64,000 nt of DNA. Origin: Octopus bimaculoides (Eukaryota). The stretch spans positions 114,709,488-114,773,487 of the forward strand of contig NC_068984.1 in the NCBI RefSeq assembly GCF_001194135.2, written 5' to 3'. The notes below the pieces were generated by a model, which saw only the letters and a list, made by a program, of their open reading frames with translations, did no database searches and was not told the DNA's origin. A program made the translations under genes and the position numbers. Shown here piece by piece: positions 63,260 through 64,000 of this stretch; position 1 is the stretch's first letter; each line of letters starts with the position of its first letter.

Positions 63260-63650
63260 TCATTTTAACATTCACTTTTTCATACTTGCATGGATCAGAT
63301 GGAGTTTATTGAGGTGGATTTTCTATAGATGTATGCCTTTACTGTCTCCAACCCTCAATTCTTTCAAAGCAAGATGATATTTCCCCATCACATGTTTTCA
63401 CAGAACACTGGAAACGAATAATAATGCTTGCATGACAGCGACACTCATCTACAAATGTCATGCAATATCAAGACGAGACACAAACACACACACACACACA
63501 TGTATGTACAATGATGGGCTTTTTCAAATTTCTGTCTGCCATATCCTCTCATATGACTTTGGTCAACCTAGGGCTACAGTAGAAGACATTTTACCCAAGG
63601 TATCACACAGCGGGAGAGAACCTGAAACCATGTGGCTGGTGTATTCCACA
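63260..63650 (-). mobile_element. SINE with LINE-derived tail
   Basis: Reverse complement of the 10165-type structure. Confidence 0.75.
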
Positions 63651-64000
63651 AAATCCAATTACACTTCAAACAAACAAAACTAATTTCCATTTGTTCCAGG
63701 GTGGGACTTATACAGTTGTACAACACAGTAGACTCACATAGTCAGTCTATTAAGATACAAAAGTGAGCCTTTAAATTTAGTTACTGAAACTAGCACAAAG
63801 TAAGAATGTGAAACTTTCAATGATACAAACTGTAAAAGTCCATGTATATTACATAGAAGCACTTATTCTTTTGTATGTTTCATTTTTCTATTTAACCCAC
63901 CTGAGACCAGCTGTGGTCCCATAATATGAACTTGCCACTTTAAAGTGATCTAAATTAAAACCTTCCTTCAAGATTTCAATGTTACTTTATGTTTCAAACA

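Noticed and set aside
63705-63760. Possible further PHF14 exon on the - strand (TKFKGSLLYLNRLT)
   Set aside because: AG/GT flanks and an open frame are present, but there is no resemblance to the expected upstream PHF14 sequence

Overview
AT-rich, repeat-dense animal genomic DNA with 7 N-gaps. The SINE/RTE-LINE repertoire points to an octopus (coleoid cephalopod); the species is inferred, not proven. The + strand (514-38596) carries 33 visible exons of CNOT1, the CCR4-NOT scaffold. They run from the N-terminal region through the TTP-binding HEAT, MIF4G and CNOT9-binding/DUF3819 domains to the C-terminal NOT1 domain. One internal coding segment and the terminal coding exon are not visible and probably lie in N-gaps. 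The - strand (62939 down to 51015) carries the last three coding exons of a PHF14 orthologue: a PHD finger followed by a Lys/Glu-rich tail, with no fourth PHD finger visible. The two genes are convergent. Introns and the intergenic region contain tRNA-derived SINEs, RTE-type LINE fragments, a Penelope-like RT fossil, TTAA-type MITEs and microsatellites. I found no convincing novel biological system. The best leads are a probable GC-AG intron, candidate poison/alternative exons, intronic inverted-repeat pairs (possible ADAR substrates), a PHF14 apparently lacking PHD4, nested MITEs and unannotated exon-like segments. Homologue comparisons are from memory of human CNOT1/PHF14, not from a search. 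Repeat boundaries are approximate (about +/-20 nt).
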